From Cyanobacteria bacterium auto_48_18 (GTDB lineage Bacteria > Cyanobacteriota > Vampirovibrionia > Obscuribacterales > Obscuribacteraceae), in contig JAVHQC010000005.1 of the NCBI GenBank assembly GCA_036170915.1, positions 36,651 to 100,650 of the forward strand: DNA of 64,000 nucleotides, read 5' to 3'. The notes under the pieces are model-generated. The model did not search any database. It was not told the origin of the DNA and saw nothing but the letters and a program-made list of their open reading frames with translations. Each line of letters begins with the position of its first letter. The stretch's first letter is position 1. Shown one piece after another: positions 19,321 to 29,785 of the stretch. Both the position numbers and the translations under genes were made by a program.

Positions 19321-20622
19321 ATGGCTAAGCAAATTATGTTACCTGAGCAGCTTTTTGCCGAAGGTACTGAGGCCGAGCAATCTGGCAATTATCGTACAGC
19401 GATTAAAAAGTATCTTGAATTTACTGCGCGCACAAACGCTGATCCTAGTGTTTTGCTGGCAGTGGGCAAACTCTATGAGAAAGTAAAAGACGATTTTAAG
19501 GCGAGTGAGTGCTATCAACACGTTGTCGCGTTAAAGGCAGGGGCTGCCGCCGAAGCTGTGCGAGACGCATATCTGCACTTAATTGGGTTAGAGAATCGGC
19601 TTCTCCGTCATCAGGTGGCAGTTGAGTATTGCGACCTGGCTTTAGAATTTGCACCTCATGATATGGAGCTGTTGTTGGAAAAACTCAACGCTTTGTATGA
19701 GCTGACATTGAGCTCAACTGCTTCAGCTGCCACTCCTGAGAGAAAAGCTCAGTTTGAGCAGACCGCTGAACTGGCATTGTCGCTAGACCCAGAGAACTAT
19801 TTGGCTAATTGCTTTTTTGGCCGGGCCAAGACTCTAGTTAGCGACCAGTATGACCAGGCTTTGATGGCCTTTGAAAAGGCAAGACAAATAGATTCGGGGC
19901 GTCCGTTTGCCAGTTATCTCGAAGGTCTTCTGCATGTTCGTCGCCGAGATCATGATCTTGCATGTGTCGCTTTCGACAAAGCCGCTGCTTGTGCATGCGA
20001 TTTAACTATAGTTGCTGAAGCCAGGCGCTATGCCGATCAGTTTAGAGCAGACGCTAAGAATGACAGCCGGCGCCGCCGGTTCTGGCACACTTCGCTTGAA
20101 GAACAGCTCGCTGTTTTGAGCAAATACGGCATCAAGCTAAACTCTGATTTTACGTTAGAGAGAGTTTTTGCTGTGCGTCAAAACAGAGTGGAGTACGAAG
20201 AGAAGGAACCGTTTTTGCGAGCGTTAGTCAGTGTCGGCTGCAACGATTTAGCGGCCAATGTACGCACTTTCAATTTTAAAGTTCCCTATGAAGAAATTGC
20301 CATGCACTGTCGCGATATCGCTGAAGGTGATTTTGATCTGGAAGATGTGCAAGATTACTTTTATGGCGATGATGATGGCAAGGCTGCTGCATGGATGTCA
20401 TTTAGGTTGGCCGGAAAAAAATATAAGTGGAAATTGAAATGCAACGGCTCGTTTTTTGATCTCAATGTGCTTTACAAGATGGCTGACTTGTTGCGTAAAA
20501 CACACAGCAGCAAGCGCTTTGTGGTGGTTTCTCAGCCCGGTAGCATTTCTATGTTGTGTCTGACAGAGGCGCAAACAGAAGCTTTAGCCGCACATACCGG
20601 ATTGGATTTGGAGTATTTGTAA
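19321..20622 (+). CDS. TPR-repeat protein with uncharacterised C-terminal domain
   Basis: Repeated TPR-like helical pattern in the N-terminal half. Confidence 0.75.
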   Translation: MAKQIMLPEQLFAEGTEAEQSGNYRTAIKKYLEFTARTNADPSVLLAVGKLYEKVKDDFKASECYQHVVALKAGAAAEAVRDAYLHLIGLENRLLRHQVAVEYCDLALEFAPHDMELLLEKLNALYELTLSSTASAATPERKAQFEQTAELALSLDPENYLANCFFGRAKTLVSDQYDQALMAFEKARQIDSGRPFASYLEGLLHVRRRDHDLACVAFDKAAACACDLTIVAEARRYADQFRADAKNDSRRRRFWHTSLEEQLAVLSKYGIKLNSDFTLERVFAVRQNRVEYEEKEPFLRALVSVGCNDLAANVRTFNFKVPYEEIAMHCRDIAEGDFDLEDVQDYFYGDDDGKAAAWMSFRLAGKKYKWKLKCNGSFFDLNVLYKMADLLRKTHSSKRFVVVSQPGSISMLCLTEAQTEALAAHTGLDLEYL

Positions 20623-20627
20623 GACGC

Positions 20628-21497
20628 TCAGTGGAATTCAAAATATTCGTTTGCCCCTGTGCATTTATTGTCTTCAAGGGTCAACTCGAGGGTTACTCGT
20701 CGCATTAGGCCATAGTACATACTTCGATTGCTGGGTTTTATTTCAAGCCCATTACGTAGTTCTTCATTGTGCTGCTGTTGCACCAGTCCTCGAGCTGCAG
20801 CAAAACTGACATCGCCGTTCTTGTCGTTGAGAAGTACGAGATAATCTAAGGCATGGGTGCTTTTGAATACCTCTTCGCGCGATTTGCCTGTAGCAAGGTC
20901 TTGTATAAACTTTCTGTGCCTTCTCATTGCAATAAACATATTTTCAAGGTTCCCATCAACGCTGGCGCTGATGCACTTGTTTTCGTAGAAAGTTAAATCA
21001 AGCATTACGATTTCAAAACCAAGAAAGTAAACCCAGTGCGAGCAGCCTGTGCGCGAGGGCGCTGCGTAGCCTTCAGCGCCAGTCTTCACCTCGGGGTTAC
21101 CTAATTCACATGCAATTTGATCTTGAGATTTTCCTGTGAGTTTGGAGGCCAATTTTTCGACAAACTCAATTTCCAAGGGCTTGAGTGAATAGAGTCTCCA
21201 CATTCTCTGTTCTGGATAATCCGGCGGCAGTTTGAGAGCTCTAAGCTTGCTCAGAACTTCTCTTTCAAAGCATTCGTTATTGATCTCACCTGATGCAGTG
21301 CGTGTAATAAATGGATGGACCAGTACTGGCTTCTGCTGTGAAGCAGCGCTCAACGTGGTTTCGGCGCAGTTCGCGCTACCGATAACGGTGATTATGCTTG
21401 CCGAAACTGCGAGAAACCCTGCTGCAAGAAGTTTTGTTCTGTGTGCAAAAAATAGGCTCAAAATCTTTTCCGGCTTTAATTCGATATCTCGCTGCAT
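20628..21497 (-). CDS. Hypothetical membrane-anchored protein (SmpA/BamE-like pattern)
   Basis: N-terminal hydrophobic segment; GKSQDQI..ELGNP...WVY pattern, partly duplicated (GKSREEV). Confidence 0.6.
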   Translation of the reverse strand: MQRDIELKPEKILSLFFAHRTKLLAAGFLAVSASIITVIGSANCAETTLSAASQQKPVLVHPFITRTASGEINNECFEREVLSKLRALKLPPDYPEQRMWRLYSLKPLEIEFVEKLASKLTGKSQDQIACELGNPEVKTGAEGYAAPSRTGCSHWVYFLGFEIVMLDLTFYENKCISASVDGNLENMFIAMRRHRKFIQDLATGKSREEVFKSTHALDYLVLLNDKNGDVSFAAARGLVQQQHNEELRNGLEIKPSNRSMYYGLMRRVTLELTLEDNKCTGANEYFEFH

Positions 21498-21601
21498 CCG
21501 GTAGTATCGCGCATTCTGGATCGATTAGATTCATGAATACATGCTGGGTTGAAAACTTTTCGAAATTTCATAAAGAGCGACAATGCTAAACTTATCGCCT
21601 G

Positions 21602-22801
21602 ATGAATTCACCAGTTAAAAAAATCAATTTACTCGTGGCCTGCTCACTGATTGTGGCCACCACAGTTGTGCCTCTCAATGCCCGTGAAGTCAGTAACGCT
21701 GTAGACACTCCTCAGCCATCACCCAGCATCATAATTATCGGCGAAAGTTTGATCGGTGAAGAAAGCAGTGCTATTTGCCTGCAAGAACTGGTGGACGCTT
21801 TAAAGACTAAGCCAAACGATGCAAAGCTTTTGGTCCTAAAGGCTGCTGTTGAAAATTATGAATGTCAATATTCGAAAGCCATCGCCGACGCTTCTGCGGC
21901 CATTAAGGCCAGCCCAAACTATGAGCGAGCGTATGCTCTCAGGGCCGAAGCCGAATTGCGCTCTGGCCTTTTTGACGCAGCTCGCAAAGACATGCTTAAA
22001 GCTGGCAGCCTTTCGAAACCGAAGTTCTACGAACAACGCTCAGCAGAAGTTGATGACCTTGAATATGATTTCAAACACCAGGAGAAGCAGCCGGCCAGGC
22101 GCCTGGCGTTGGCGTGCACAGCCGTACTTTTCACACAGAACCGGCAGGGCTGTTCTAGTTTAGCCGGCGCCGAGCCCAATGAGAATCTTAAGTCTGAGCA
22201 AAAAGATTTGTTAGTGCAGTGGTGGGATGTTCATGATCGTGACGAGCTGCTGGATACACTCAAACACCAGCTTTGTGTGGGCCATAACACCCGCTGGCAG
22301 CGCATGCAAAAGGAGATAGAGGCCAATCGACCGCTTGATAGTTTCAAGGGTGGCTGGAATCTGCCTCAAGATTTTGAAGCAGCAATTCAACTGGTGAAAA
22401 AGTACGGCAAGCAATTTGGCAGCAGAGGTTTGTTGGCCTGGGATCACTGCCGTTGTGTGGCACTATGCAGGTGGGGCTATCAGGCCGGTTATCTTACTGA
22501 GGCCGAGGCCTGGGAATTAATAATGCCTGTGGCCGCGAGAATTCAAAAGCAGTCTAAAAATTGGCAGCAATTGGCTACTGATTATTTGATTGGACGTAAT
22601 TTCTGGTGCGATAGCATCTATCAGGAAGGGGCGGTTTCATCTAAGAAGATACAGCACCGATTGCTTCATGACCCAAACAGTCCATGGGTCAAATTGCCTC
22701 TGCAAAGCATTCCCATTGTGTGCAAGTCAGACGATGCCACTATAGTCGCCATTATTGAGCGCTTGCGCAATGGTAGGAAAGTTCAGCGTTCGGCTAATTA
22801 A
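21602..22801 (+). CDS. Exported TPR protein with DUF1266-like domain
   Basis: Signal peptide and TPRs; L..WWDV.DR, LLAWD..R.V..CRWGY.AGYL...EAW, W......YL.GR..W. Confidence 0.8.
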   Translation: MNSPVKKINLLVACSLIVATTVVPLNAREVSNAVDTPQPSPSIIIIGESLIGEESSAICLQELVDALKTKPNDAKLLVLKAAVENYECQYSKAIADASAAIKASPNYERAYALRAEAELRSGLFDAARKDMLKAGSLSKPKFYEQRSAEVDDLEYDFKHQEKQPARRLALACTAVLFTQNRQGCSSLAGAEPNENLKSEQKDLLVQWWDVHDRDELLDTLKHQLCVGHNTRWQRMQKEIEANRPLDSFKGGWNLPQDFEAAIQLVKKYGKQFGSRGLLAWDHCRCVALCRWGYQAGYLTEAEAWELIMPVAARIQKQSKNWQQLATDYLIGRNFWCDSIYQEGAVSSKKIQHRLLHDPNSPWVKLPLQSIPIVCKSDDATIVAIIERLRNGRKVQRSAN

Positions 22802-22897
22802 TCTGTTCCGTGCCTCTACCGTGCTTTTCGCCATAATAACTATGATTGACGGCAAGGCAATGACAGTTAAGACGGTTGATAGAATTGCGCATTCGCA

Positions 22898-23848
22898 TCA
22901 CTGATAAATTTTGCGGAGCGTCGACATGTCACGATCGCTCAGCTTAATCAAAGGCGATTTGAAATACATCACATCAAGGCCAGACGGCGAGTGTCCATCA
23001 ATACCTAAAGCATGGCCAGTTTCGTGCAATGCTAAATTGAATAGTTTTTCTTTAGCCCTTGGGCTCATGTCTTTGCTGCCATAAGTTGCCGCGCTCAAAT
23101 TTACGACACTTCGATTGATGATTTGTCGCGATGAATGTGCCGCAGTTTGACCATTTGCGCCAATGCCGATTTGGGTGCCGCCATCAGCTCGATGAACAAC
23201 AATGTTGGCACCGGCGATGGTGCTCGTCAGTTGCATGCGTACTGGCGAGCCGCTAAATGTGCACCACAAATTCATGGCTTGAAAAATCAAATCACGCAAA
23301 TCTTGAGCGAAACCTGTTTTCATGGTGGTATCAATATAAACGGTAATGGTTTGGCCGGGCGCGAACCTTTTACAGTGCACACTTTCGCAATAGTCGCATG
23401 TATTAGGATTCTGAGCCGCTCGCCAATCAAGGATTTCACTCAACTCATCTCTGTAAGCGGTGGCGAAAGGCACGTTCACTCCGGCCTTATTACCTTGCAA
23501 ACATTTGGCATAATTGTCCCGCGCTGCCTGCCAGTCGCATGTAGCGCGCTGATATTGGCCTGTGACATCATTGGCCACGGCCCTGGCGTAATAAAGATCC
23601 GCCATCTTTTGGGCGGCGTCGTATGGCAAAAGGCTGAGCGCTTTGCTGTACGCTGTGACCGCCGCCGAAAAGTTTTTGTCGTCGAAAGCGATTTCGCCCT
23701 GTTCTTTATATTTGGCGGCTTGTTGGGCGGCATCATTTGATAGGGCCCAGGCGCAATCACCAAGATGAAATATCGAAATGGTTGCAAGCGCAACGAGTGC
23801 TGGGCCACGTGCGCAGCGTTTCAGTTGACCTGGTTCATTTTTAGCCAA
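22898..23848 (-). CDS. TPR plus matrixin (M10-like) zinc metalloprotease
   Basis: HETGHALGIDGHS zinc motif, Met-turn DVMY, LSDRD; N-terminal TPR. Confidence 0.88.
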   Translation of the reverse strand: MAKNEPGQLKRCARGPALVALATISIFHLGDCAWALSNDAAQQAAKYKEQGEIAFDDKNFSAAVTAYSKALSLLPYDAAQKMADLYYARAVANDVTGQYQRATCDWQAARDNYAKCLQGNKAGVNVPFATAYRDELSEILDWRAAQNPNTCDYCESVHCKRFAPGQTITVYIDTTMKTGFAQDLRDLIFQAMNLWCTFSGSPVRMQLTSTIAGANIVVHRADGGTQIGIGANGQTAAHSSRQIINRSVVNLSAATYGSKDMSPRAKEKLFNLALHETGHALGIDGHSPSGLDVMYFKSPLIKLSDRDMSTLRKIYQ

Positions 23849-23905
23849 TGCTCAAGTACCGTTCAGTGAGTCAAAGTCTACAATTAATTACACGCGCTTA
23901 CCAGG

Positions 23906-25048
23906 TTGAGTGACAATTCTGGGCGGTTCTGGGCATATAAATTTGTACAGGAGCCAAGCTTGTTTAAAGAAACCTCTAAGCTGAAAGAGTCCATAGATTT
24001 AGTCGTGGCTGCTGATAGCTACAGCGAAACTCTAGTGTGCTCTGAAAATCAGGTGGAAGATTCACCCGTCACAACCCCTGCTTCACCACCACTAACGGCT
24101 TCAGCATCAGTTTCGAACCCATCCGCCCCGCGACGTGTAGTTGTTGGCTGCGGTATGCCTTTCATGTATGGCCCCCGTCAGGCTGACATTTCTGAACCCA
24201 AACGCCCCTTCTGGCACGCTACTGGCCAGCGCGTGGCTATTACGTCAATGGTTTTAGCGTCAATGATGTCGTATTTTATGCTTCATCTTTTGTCTGGTCA
24301 TTTTTTCTGGCATTTCAGTGGTGTACAGACCACGGCTTACATGCACTCTACTATTGATGCATCGACTATCGGTGTTGTGGTTACCATGTTTTGCTACGCA
24401 GAATTCTTATACAGTTTCTTGCGCTTCAAACACACTTCTATTTCTGTTTTCATTGGTTGCCTAGTGGCTAGCCTGGTCACTTTAACTGGTTTTGCCAACG
24501 GTGGTGTGGGTGGTGCCATTACTGCGCTGATTTGCTGCACTCTTTGTTTAGCAGTTGGTAAACTGGCTAGTCTTGCACGCATGGCAATTCCGCCAACATT
24601 TCGCGCAGGTCGGGCCGTGCTAGTTGCCGCTGCTGCGTCAATACCGGCTACGCTTGTAACTTTGACAGCTTTCTATCAGGTTTTCACACATCCTCGCCCG
24701 GCGAATTATTACAGTGTCTATGGTGATAGTTCTTGCGGTGATGAAATTACTGCAGCCGTAGCGTTATTCTTCTTTCTTGCAATTCCTGCTTATGCTTTTG
24801 TTCGTTGCGCCCGCACCAGTGAAGCCAAGCCGCTGGTGGCCTTAGGACTTTTGCAAATGAGCCCGCTGGTTGCAGGTTTTTTGGCCCAGCTCGCCCTTCT
24901 TGCTCCGCGTGGTGATGGCTTAGCGATGACTGCGTCAGGTTTAATCACACTCAGTATTGCTTGCGCTCTTGTCGCTACTGGATCAGCTTTGGGCGCATTA
25001 GTTAATGGTGCCAAACATCGTCGTAAGATGGCTAAGGCTGGAATCTAA
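23906..25048 (+). CDS. Multi-pass membrane protein of unknown function
   Basis: About eight hydrophobic segments; start uncertain. Confidence 0.65.
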   Translation: MSDNSGRFWAYKFVQEPSLFKETSKLKESIDLVVAADSYSETLVCSENQVEDSPVTTPASPPLTASASVSNPSAPRRVVVGCGMPFMYGPRQADISEPKRPFWHATGQRVAITSMVLASMMSYFMLHLLSGHFFWHFSGVQTTAYMHSTIDASTIGVVVTMFCYAEFLYSFLRFKHTSISVFIGCLVASLVTLTGFANGGVGGAITALICCTLCLAVGKLASLARMAIPPTFRAGRAVLVAAAASIPATLVTLTAFYQVFTHPRPANYYSVYGDSSCGDEITAAVALFFFLAIPAYAFVRCARTSEAKPLVALGLLQMSPLVAGFLAQLALLAPRGDGLAMTASGLITLSIACALVATGSALGALVNGAKHRRKMAKAGI

Positions 25049-25151
25049 TATTTTATCTGTACAAGAGTGACAACTGGCGACATTCTTGGACGCAACCTTA
25101 ACTTGGCTTAATGTGCTGGAACGACTGCCTAGTTTTCGCGTCCATTCTCGC

Positions 25152-25679
25152 ATGAAAAATGCAAAAGAACCCGAAATCGAATTAGCAAATGCTGACGTAA
25201 GGCTGGCAGCTAAGGATACTTTCAGAATTTTATTTCTGGATAGTGTCGCCCACACCTTGCAGTTAAAAGCTGCCTGCCAGGCCGCTGGACACTCAGTAGT
25301 TTCTGCGCATACCATCGCCGATGCCTTTGCTTTTTTAAATGGAACCAATCACGCAGACGTCGTTGTTTGTGCCGCGTATTTGGAAGATGAATCAGTCTTT
25401 GAATTCCTTAAAGCGTTGCGCAAAGACCCACTGCACAAGAGCACCATGTTTATGACACTGGCTCTAGAACCCAGCGCCATTGGTGCTAAAGCAAACGCCT
25501 CAACAGAGAAGACGGGTCGACTATTAGGAGCAGACGCTTTTGTCAGCATGCCTGTGTTTGATGCAGTTCGTTTAATTGCTGAAATTAAAAGGCTACTACC
25601 GGCGGTGCCGGCGTTGGAGCAAGGAAGACTTGATAAGTTGGCCTCTGATCAAGCTGCGATGCGTTCTTTCGTTGAGTAA
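25152..25679 (+). CDS. Atypical (pseudo-)receiver domain protein
   Basis: Receiver fold pattern (RILFLD...DVVVCA...FEFLKALR...LGADAFVSMP) lacking the phospho-Asp and the conserved Lys. Confidence 0.7.
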   Translation: MKNAKEPEIELANADVRLAAKDTFRILFLDSVAHTLQLKAACQAAGHSVVSAHTIADAFAFLNGTNHADVVVCAAYLEDESVFEFLKALRKDPLHKSTMFMTLALEPSAIGAKANASTEKTGRLLGADAFVSMPVFDAVRLIAEIKRLLPAVPALEQGRLDKLASDQAAMRSFVE

Positions 25680-25681
25680 TC

Positions 25682-26557
25682 CTATTTCAAACTTGCAAGG
25701 AAAGTTTTTACCGCTTTGCTGTAGGCGGGTGAGGATTGCATCACATCATCTCCATGATAGGCGCCATCTACTCGCACATATTGTTTCGGTTCGGCTATAG
25801 CTTCGTACAACTCGTCTGACTGTTCGATTCTTGTGATCATATCGGCGGTGCCTGCCACCATTAAAACGGGTGGGTGTTTTTTGCCCAGAACTAGAGCGTT
25901 GTTCAAGGCTTTGCAATTTTCTGACCAGGCCCAATCTGGATACAATTTTAGAAAAGGCAGGGTGTCGCAACCGACTCTTTGAACTGAATAAAGCGGACAC
26001 TCTAGAATAGCACCGGCACAGTAACAAGATGCTGCCAACTTACCGGCCACCACTGTGCCCAATGATTCACCAAAGAGGATAATTTGTTCCGGTCCATAAT
26101 ATTCGTGATTGATTAAGTATTTATAGGCACCGTGTCCATCATCGTAAAGGCCACCCAGTGAAGGTTTTCCTTCGCTGCGGCCGTAACCTGAATAGTCGTA
26201 TGTAAATACTGACGTGCCGGCTTTAAGTAAACGTTCCACAAGATAAGCTTTGTATGAAACATTGCCAAAATTGCCATGACTAAAAAGCATAATTTTCTTG
26301 GCGCCTGGAAGCTTATACATCAGCCCGTGGAGCGTATTTCCGTTGTCTGATCTAAAGTAAATATTTTCTGGTTGAATGTTGTTCGCGTTGACTTCTTCAT
26401 AGTATCCGCCTGGAAATTTAACCGGATAAAACAGTAAGTAATTGTAGAGCGGTTGACCGACAATAGGCGCGAAAGTCAGTACCAATGCTGCTGCTATGGT
26501 ACTACTGGCAATAAATAAAGTGCGCAGGGCGCGCTGCCATTTTTTAGAGACTGGCAA
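25682..26557 (-). CDS. Alpha/beta hydrolase (ABHD17-like), paralog 2
   Basis: SHGN, YDYSGYGRSEG, GESLG nucleophile elbow, GTAD, GAYH. Confidence 0.9.
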   Translation of the reverse strand: MPVSKKWQRALRTLFIASSTIAAALVLTFAPIVGQPLYNYLLFYPVKFPGGYYEEVNANNIQPENIYFRSDNGNTLHGLMYKLPGAKKIMLFSHGNFGNVSYKAYLVERLLKAGTSVFTYDYSGYGRSEGKPSLGGLYDDGHGAYKYLINHEYYGPEQIILFGESLGTVVAGKLAASCYCAGAILECPLYSVQRVGCDTLPFLKLYPDWAWSENCKALNNALVLGKKHPPVLMVAGTADMITRIEQSDELYEAIAEPKQYVRVDGAYHGDDVMQSSPAYSKAVKTFLASLK

Positions 26558-27452
26558 GAAAATTTTTCAATCCCTCTTTGTATTTCGGTGATTTCATCAT
26601 CACTGCATCACCATGCTGGGCGCCTTCAATTCGAATGTATGCTTTCGGTGCCGCCACAGCTGCATACAGTTCGTCAGCTTGTTTAATTTGTGTGAGATTG
26701 TCTAATGTACCGGCAATCAGCAACACTGGCGATCGCTTTTGATGCAAAGCCCGTGAGTTATCTAACTGTTTGCATGAATTACTCCAGGCCCAATCTGGAT
26801 ACCAGCTCAAAAAAGAAAATTTGTCGCAGCTGGTTCGTCGCAAAGAATAGAGTGGGCACTCTAAAATTATTGCTGCGCATTGCACTGACTCTGCCAGTTT
26901 GCCGGTAACAAGCGTGCCCAGCGATTCGCCGAATAAGATAATTTCTTCGGGGCGCAGATGCTTTACTTTAGTCAAATAGTCATAAGCACTTTGGCCATCT
27001 TGGCAGAGTGTTTCAAGAGTCGTTTTTCCCTCACTGCGACCGAAGCCTGCGTAGTCATAAACAAAAACAGAAACTCCATCTTTTAGAAGTACGTCAACAA
27101 TATGGCCGCGCTGCGAGATATTTCCTGAGTTGCCGTGACTCAGCAGTACTACATGTTTAGCCAGAGGCAGAGAATAGAGCAGGCCGTGCAGCTTAATGCC
27201 GTCTTGCGAACGAAAGAATATTTCTTCTGGTTTGATGCCTTTAACGGTGAGCTTTTGATATGTACCTTTGGGATATTTGAGCGGCTGAAAAAGTATGCGA
27301 TCGTAAATGGGTTGGCCCACTGCGGGAGCCAGAGCCACCGCAATCGCCAGTGGCAATAACAAAAGTAGGCCAACCAGCGACAGCGCCGTGCCGCACAATA
27401 CAAAGGCCCAGTTTAAATTGACGAGTTTTTTCGGCAGAAATTTTGCAGCCAT
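26544..27452 (-). CDS. Alpha/beta hydrolase (ABHD17-like), paralog 1
   Basis: SHGN, YDYAGFGRSEG, GESLG, GTLD, GAQH; tandem paralog of the downstream gene. Confidence 0.9.
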   Translation of the reverse strand: MAAKFLPKKLVNLNWAFVLCGTALSLVGLLLLLPLAIAVALAPAVGQPIYDRILFQPLKYPKGTYQKLTVKGIKPEEIFFRSQDGIKLHGLLYSLPLAKHVVLLSHGNSGNISQRGHIVDVLLKDGVSVFVYDYAGFGRSEGKTTLETLCQDGQSAYDYLTKVKHLRPEEIILFGESLGTLVTGKLAESVQCAAIILECPLYSLRRTSCDKFSFLSWYPDWAWSNSCKQLDNSRALHQKRSPVLLIAGTLDNLTQIKQADELYAAVAAPKAYIRIEGAQHGDAVMMKSPKYKEGLKNFLASL

Positions 27453-27578
27453 TTGAGTGCCGCCCGGAGCTTGCCCACACTTTTTAAGCTTACCAAGCAG
27501 GCTTGAGGTGGCCCAGAGCAACCAACACTTTGCCAAGTGTTTGCTGTCTTAATGCGAAACAGTCATTATATATAGACC

Positions 27579-28178
27579 ATGGCAGAGACCAATGTCGATA
27601 AAACACGGGCAAAAAGAACCAACTTTCGTGTTGGTTTGGCCCTCGCTTGCACCGTGCTGGTGGTTGCGATTTTTGTTGTTGTAGAGAAGCTCAATACACC
27701 GAAAGACGAGCCAGCACAGGTTTCGCAGCCCCATTTGAAGTTGGCTAATCTGCCGGCTAATTTTAAACCGGAGGCATCTGCCAGCGTTTACGTGCCGATT
27801 TATTCCACAATTTCTTATGAAAATCGACTGCGCACCATTGATTTGGCCGCGACTTTAAGCGTGCGCAATACAGATTTGAAACAATCTATTATTTTGCGCA
27901 ATGTAGATTATTTTGGCACTGAAGGCCAGTTAATCAAAAAGTATTTGAGCGAGCCTGTGGAGCTACCGCCCATGTCGTCCGCCGACTTTGTAGTCGATCG
28001 TACCGATGTTCGTGGTGGTGTCGGCGCAAATTTTCTGGTCGACTGGATGGCGGCTAAAAAAGTAAACTTACCCATCGCTGAAGCCGTAATGGTGAGCACT
28101 GGCTCATCTCACAGCATTTCATTTGTCAGTCGCGGTGTAACCATCGTGACACCTGAGAAACAGGCCGAAGAAAAATAA
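27579..28178 (+). CDS. DUF3124-like protein
   Basis: VYVPIYS.I, LAATLSVRNTD, DY...G, D..GG.GANFLV.W, P..EAVM. Confidence 0.8.
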   Translation: MAETNVDKTRAKRTNFRVGLALACTVLVVAIFVVVEKLNTPKDEPAQVSQPHLKLANLPANFKPEASASVYVPIYSTISYENRLRTIDLAATLSVRNTDLKQSIILRNVDYFGTEGQLIKKYLSEPVELPPMSSADFVVDRTDVRGGVGANFLVDWMAAKKVNLPIAEAVMVSTGSSHSISFVSRGVTIVTPEKQAEEK

Positions 28179-28310
28179 TTAGTCGGCGCCTTCAGCAAGG
28201 CTGCGGTCGTTTGGATTGAATGAGTCAGCAGGAATAGCGAAGCCTCTTTTAGTTTGGCTTTTTACTTTTCTTTCTTCCGGCTTTGTTTCTATTGTTTCTT
28301 GCTTTTCCAT
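28179..28310 (-). CDS. Small 43-aa charged protein (not in the ORF track)
   Basis: AGGAG RBS 8 nt before ATG; MEKQETIETKPEERKVKSQTKRGFAIPADSFNPNDRSLAEGAD; its stop abuts the stop of the convergent gene. Confidence 0.5.
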   Translation of the reverse strand: MEKQETIETKPEERKVKSQTKRGFAIPADSFNPNDRSLAEGAD

Positions 28311-28432
28311 TTTGATTGCTCCTGTTGGCGGTGCTGCAACGAGTTCTATAATGCACCATAAATGCTAAGGACAGATTAAGTTGGCCTCGTTTGTAACTGG
28401 TTGTCAATGAGAGTTGCTACATCTGCGCGCAA

Positions 28433-28479
28433 CATCGCTTAAAATTTCAGGCAATAAATGCCGAAAAGTTTAAGCGATG
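28433..28479. terminator. Long stem-loop downstream of the aldo/keto reductase
   Basis: CATCGCTTAAA...TTTAAGCGATG outer stem with inner TTTC/GAAA and GGCA/TGCC pairs; no clear U-tract. Confidence 0.4.
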
Positions 28480-28513
28480 CGAACCACATATAGTGGCAGA
28501 GGCAGAAGCTTAT

Positions 28514-29503
28514 TTAGCGGTCGATCTGAGCCAATAGTGGCTGTTCATAACGTTCGCCGGCAGTCTTGAGAGCAAGCCCGCTCAAAGCAGCCAGATCTTC
28601 GTCTTCCAGATCAAGTCTAAATGAAACTGTATTCTCTTCTAAATAACGCACATGTTTCGTGCCAGGAATCGGCACAATATCTATGCCTTGATGCAGCAAC
28701 CAGGCGATGGCAACTTGAGCTGGTGTGGCGCCGTAACGGTCGGCCACTTCATTGACTTCATCAACTAAAAGCAAATTGCGATTGAAGTTTTCGCCCTGAT
28801 AACGAGGGTCACTGCGGCGATAATCACCTTCAGGAAGATCGTCGAAGCTCTTAATTTCGCCAGTCAGAATGCCGCGACCGATAGGGCAATATGCCACCAG
28901 GCCGATTTTTAGTTCGCGCAAAACAGGCATGATTACTGGCTCTAGATTGCGTTCCCACAAAGAGTATTCAGACTGCAGAGCAGAAATAGGATGCACAGCA
29001 TGAGCTTTGCGAATAGTTTGTTCACCGGCTTCAGAGAGGCCGAGGTAACGCACTTTGCCTTCTTTCACCAGTTCGGCCATAGCGCCCACTGTTTCTTCGA
29101 TAGGCACGTTAGGATCGACTCGGTGCTGATAATAGAGATCGATGACATCGATTCCGAGTCTCTTCATCGAAGCTTCAGCTACACGCTTAACTGTTTTAGG
29201 GCTGCTGTCCAAACCGGTAGATTTACCGGCGGTGTCATAGCTGAAACCAAATTTGGTGGCAATGACTGCTTGATCGCGTTTGCCTTTAATGGCTTTGCCG
29301 ATCAGCTCTTCATTTTTGTATGGGCCGTAGCGTTCGGCTGTATCAAGGAAGTTCACTCCCAGCTCCAGCGCCCGGTGGATAACCTTAATCGCTTCGCCTT
29401 CGTCGGCTGAGCCGTAAGCAAAGCTCATACCCATGCAGCCGAGGCCGATGGCAGATGTTGTGAGCCCCTGGTTGCCCAGTTTACGTGTGTTGATGATGCC
29501 CAT
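28514..29503 (-). CDS. Aldo/keto reductase (AKR13-like)
   Basis: IGLGCMGMS, DTAERYG, ATKFG, DLYYQHRVDP, PIPGTK. Confidence 0.95.
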   Translation of the reverse strand: MGIINTRKLGNQGLTTSAIGLGCMGMSFAYGSADEGEAIKVIHRALELGVNFLDTAERYGPYKNEELIGKAIKGKRDQAVIATKFGFSYDTAGKSTGLDSSPKTVKRVAEASMKRLGIDVIDLYYQHRVDPNVPIEETVGAMAELVKEGKVRYLGLSEAGEQTIRKAHAVHPISALQSEYSLWERNLEPVIMPVLRELKIGLVAYCPIGRGILTGEIKSFDDLPEGDYRRSDPRYQGENFNRNLLLVDEVNEVADRYGATPAQVAIAWLLHQGIDIVPIPGTKHVRYLEENTVSFRLDLEDEDLAALSGLALKTAGERYEQPLLAQIDR

Positions 29504-29785
29504 AGTGACGTCGAATTCCATACTCAGTGACAATCAAACCCTATCACGGCAGCAGGCCCTTTACATGATGCTTTTTCGAGAGAACTATTGCTGAGTTGCT
29601 CCACTCGGTGGCATTACGCCATGTATAGATAGTTCAATCAACATTAAGATTGTAGAACTCAAGCCTGTTGCCACTTTCGCAACTGTTCGAGGCTAAATTT
29701 TTTTGATGGGCGGAATATTGAGATAATAGAACCCTCACAAATTCGCTTTAATAATCTGTTTCAACAATCGCTCGAGAATTCATTT

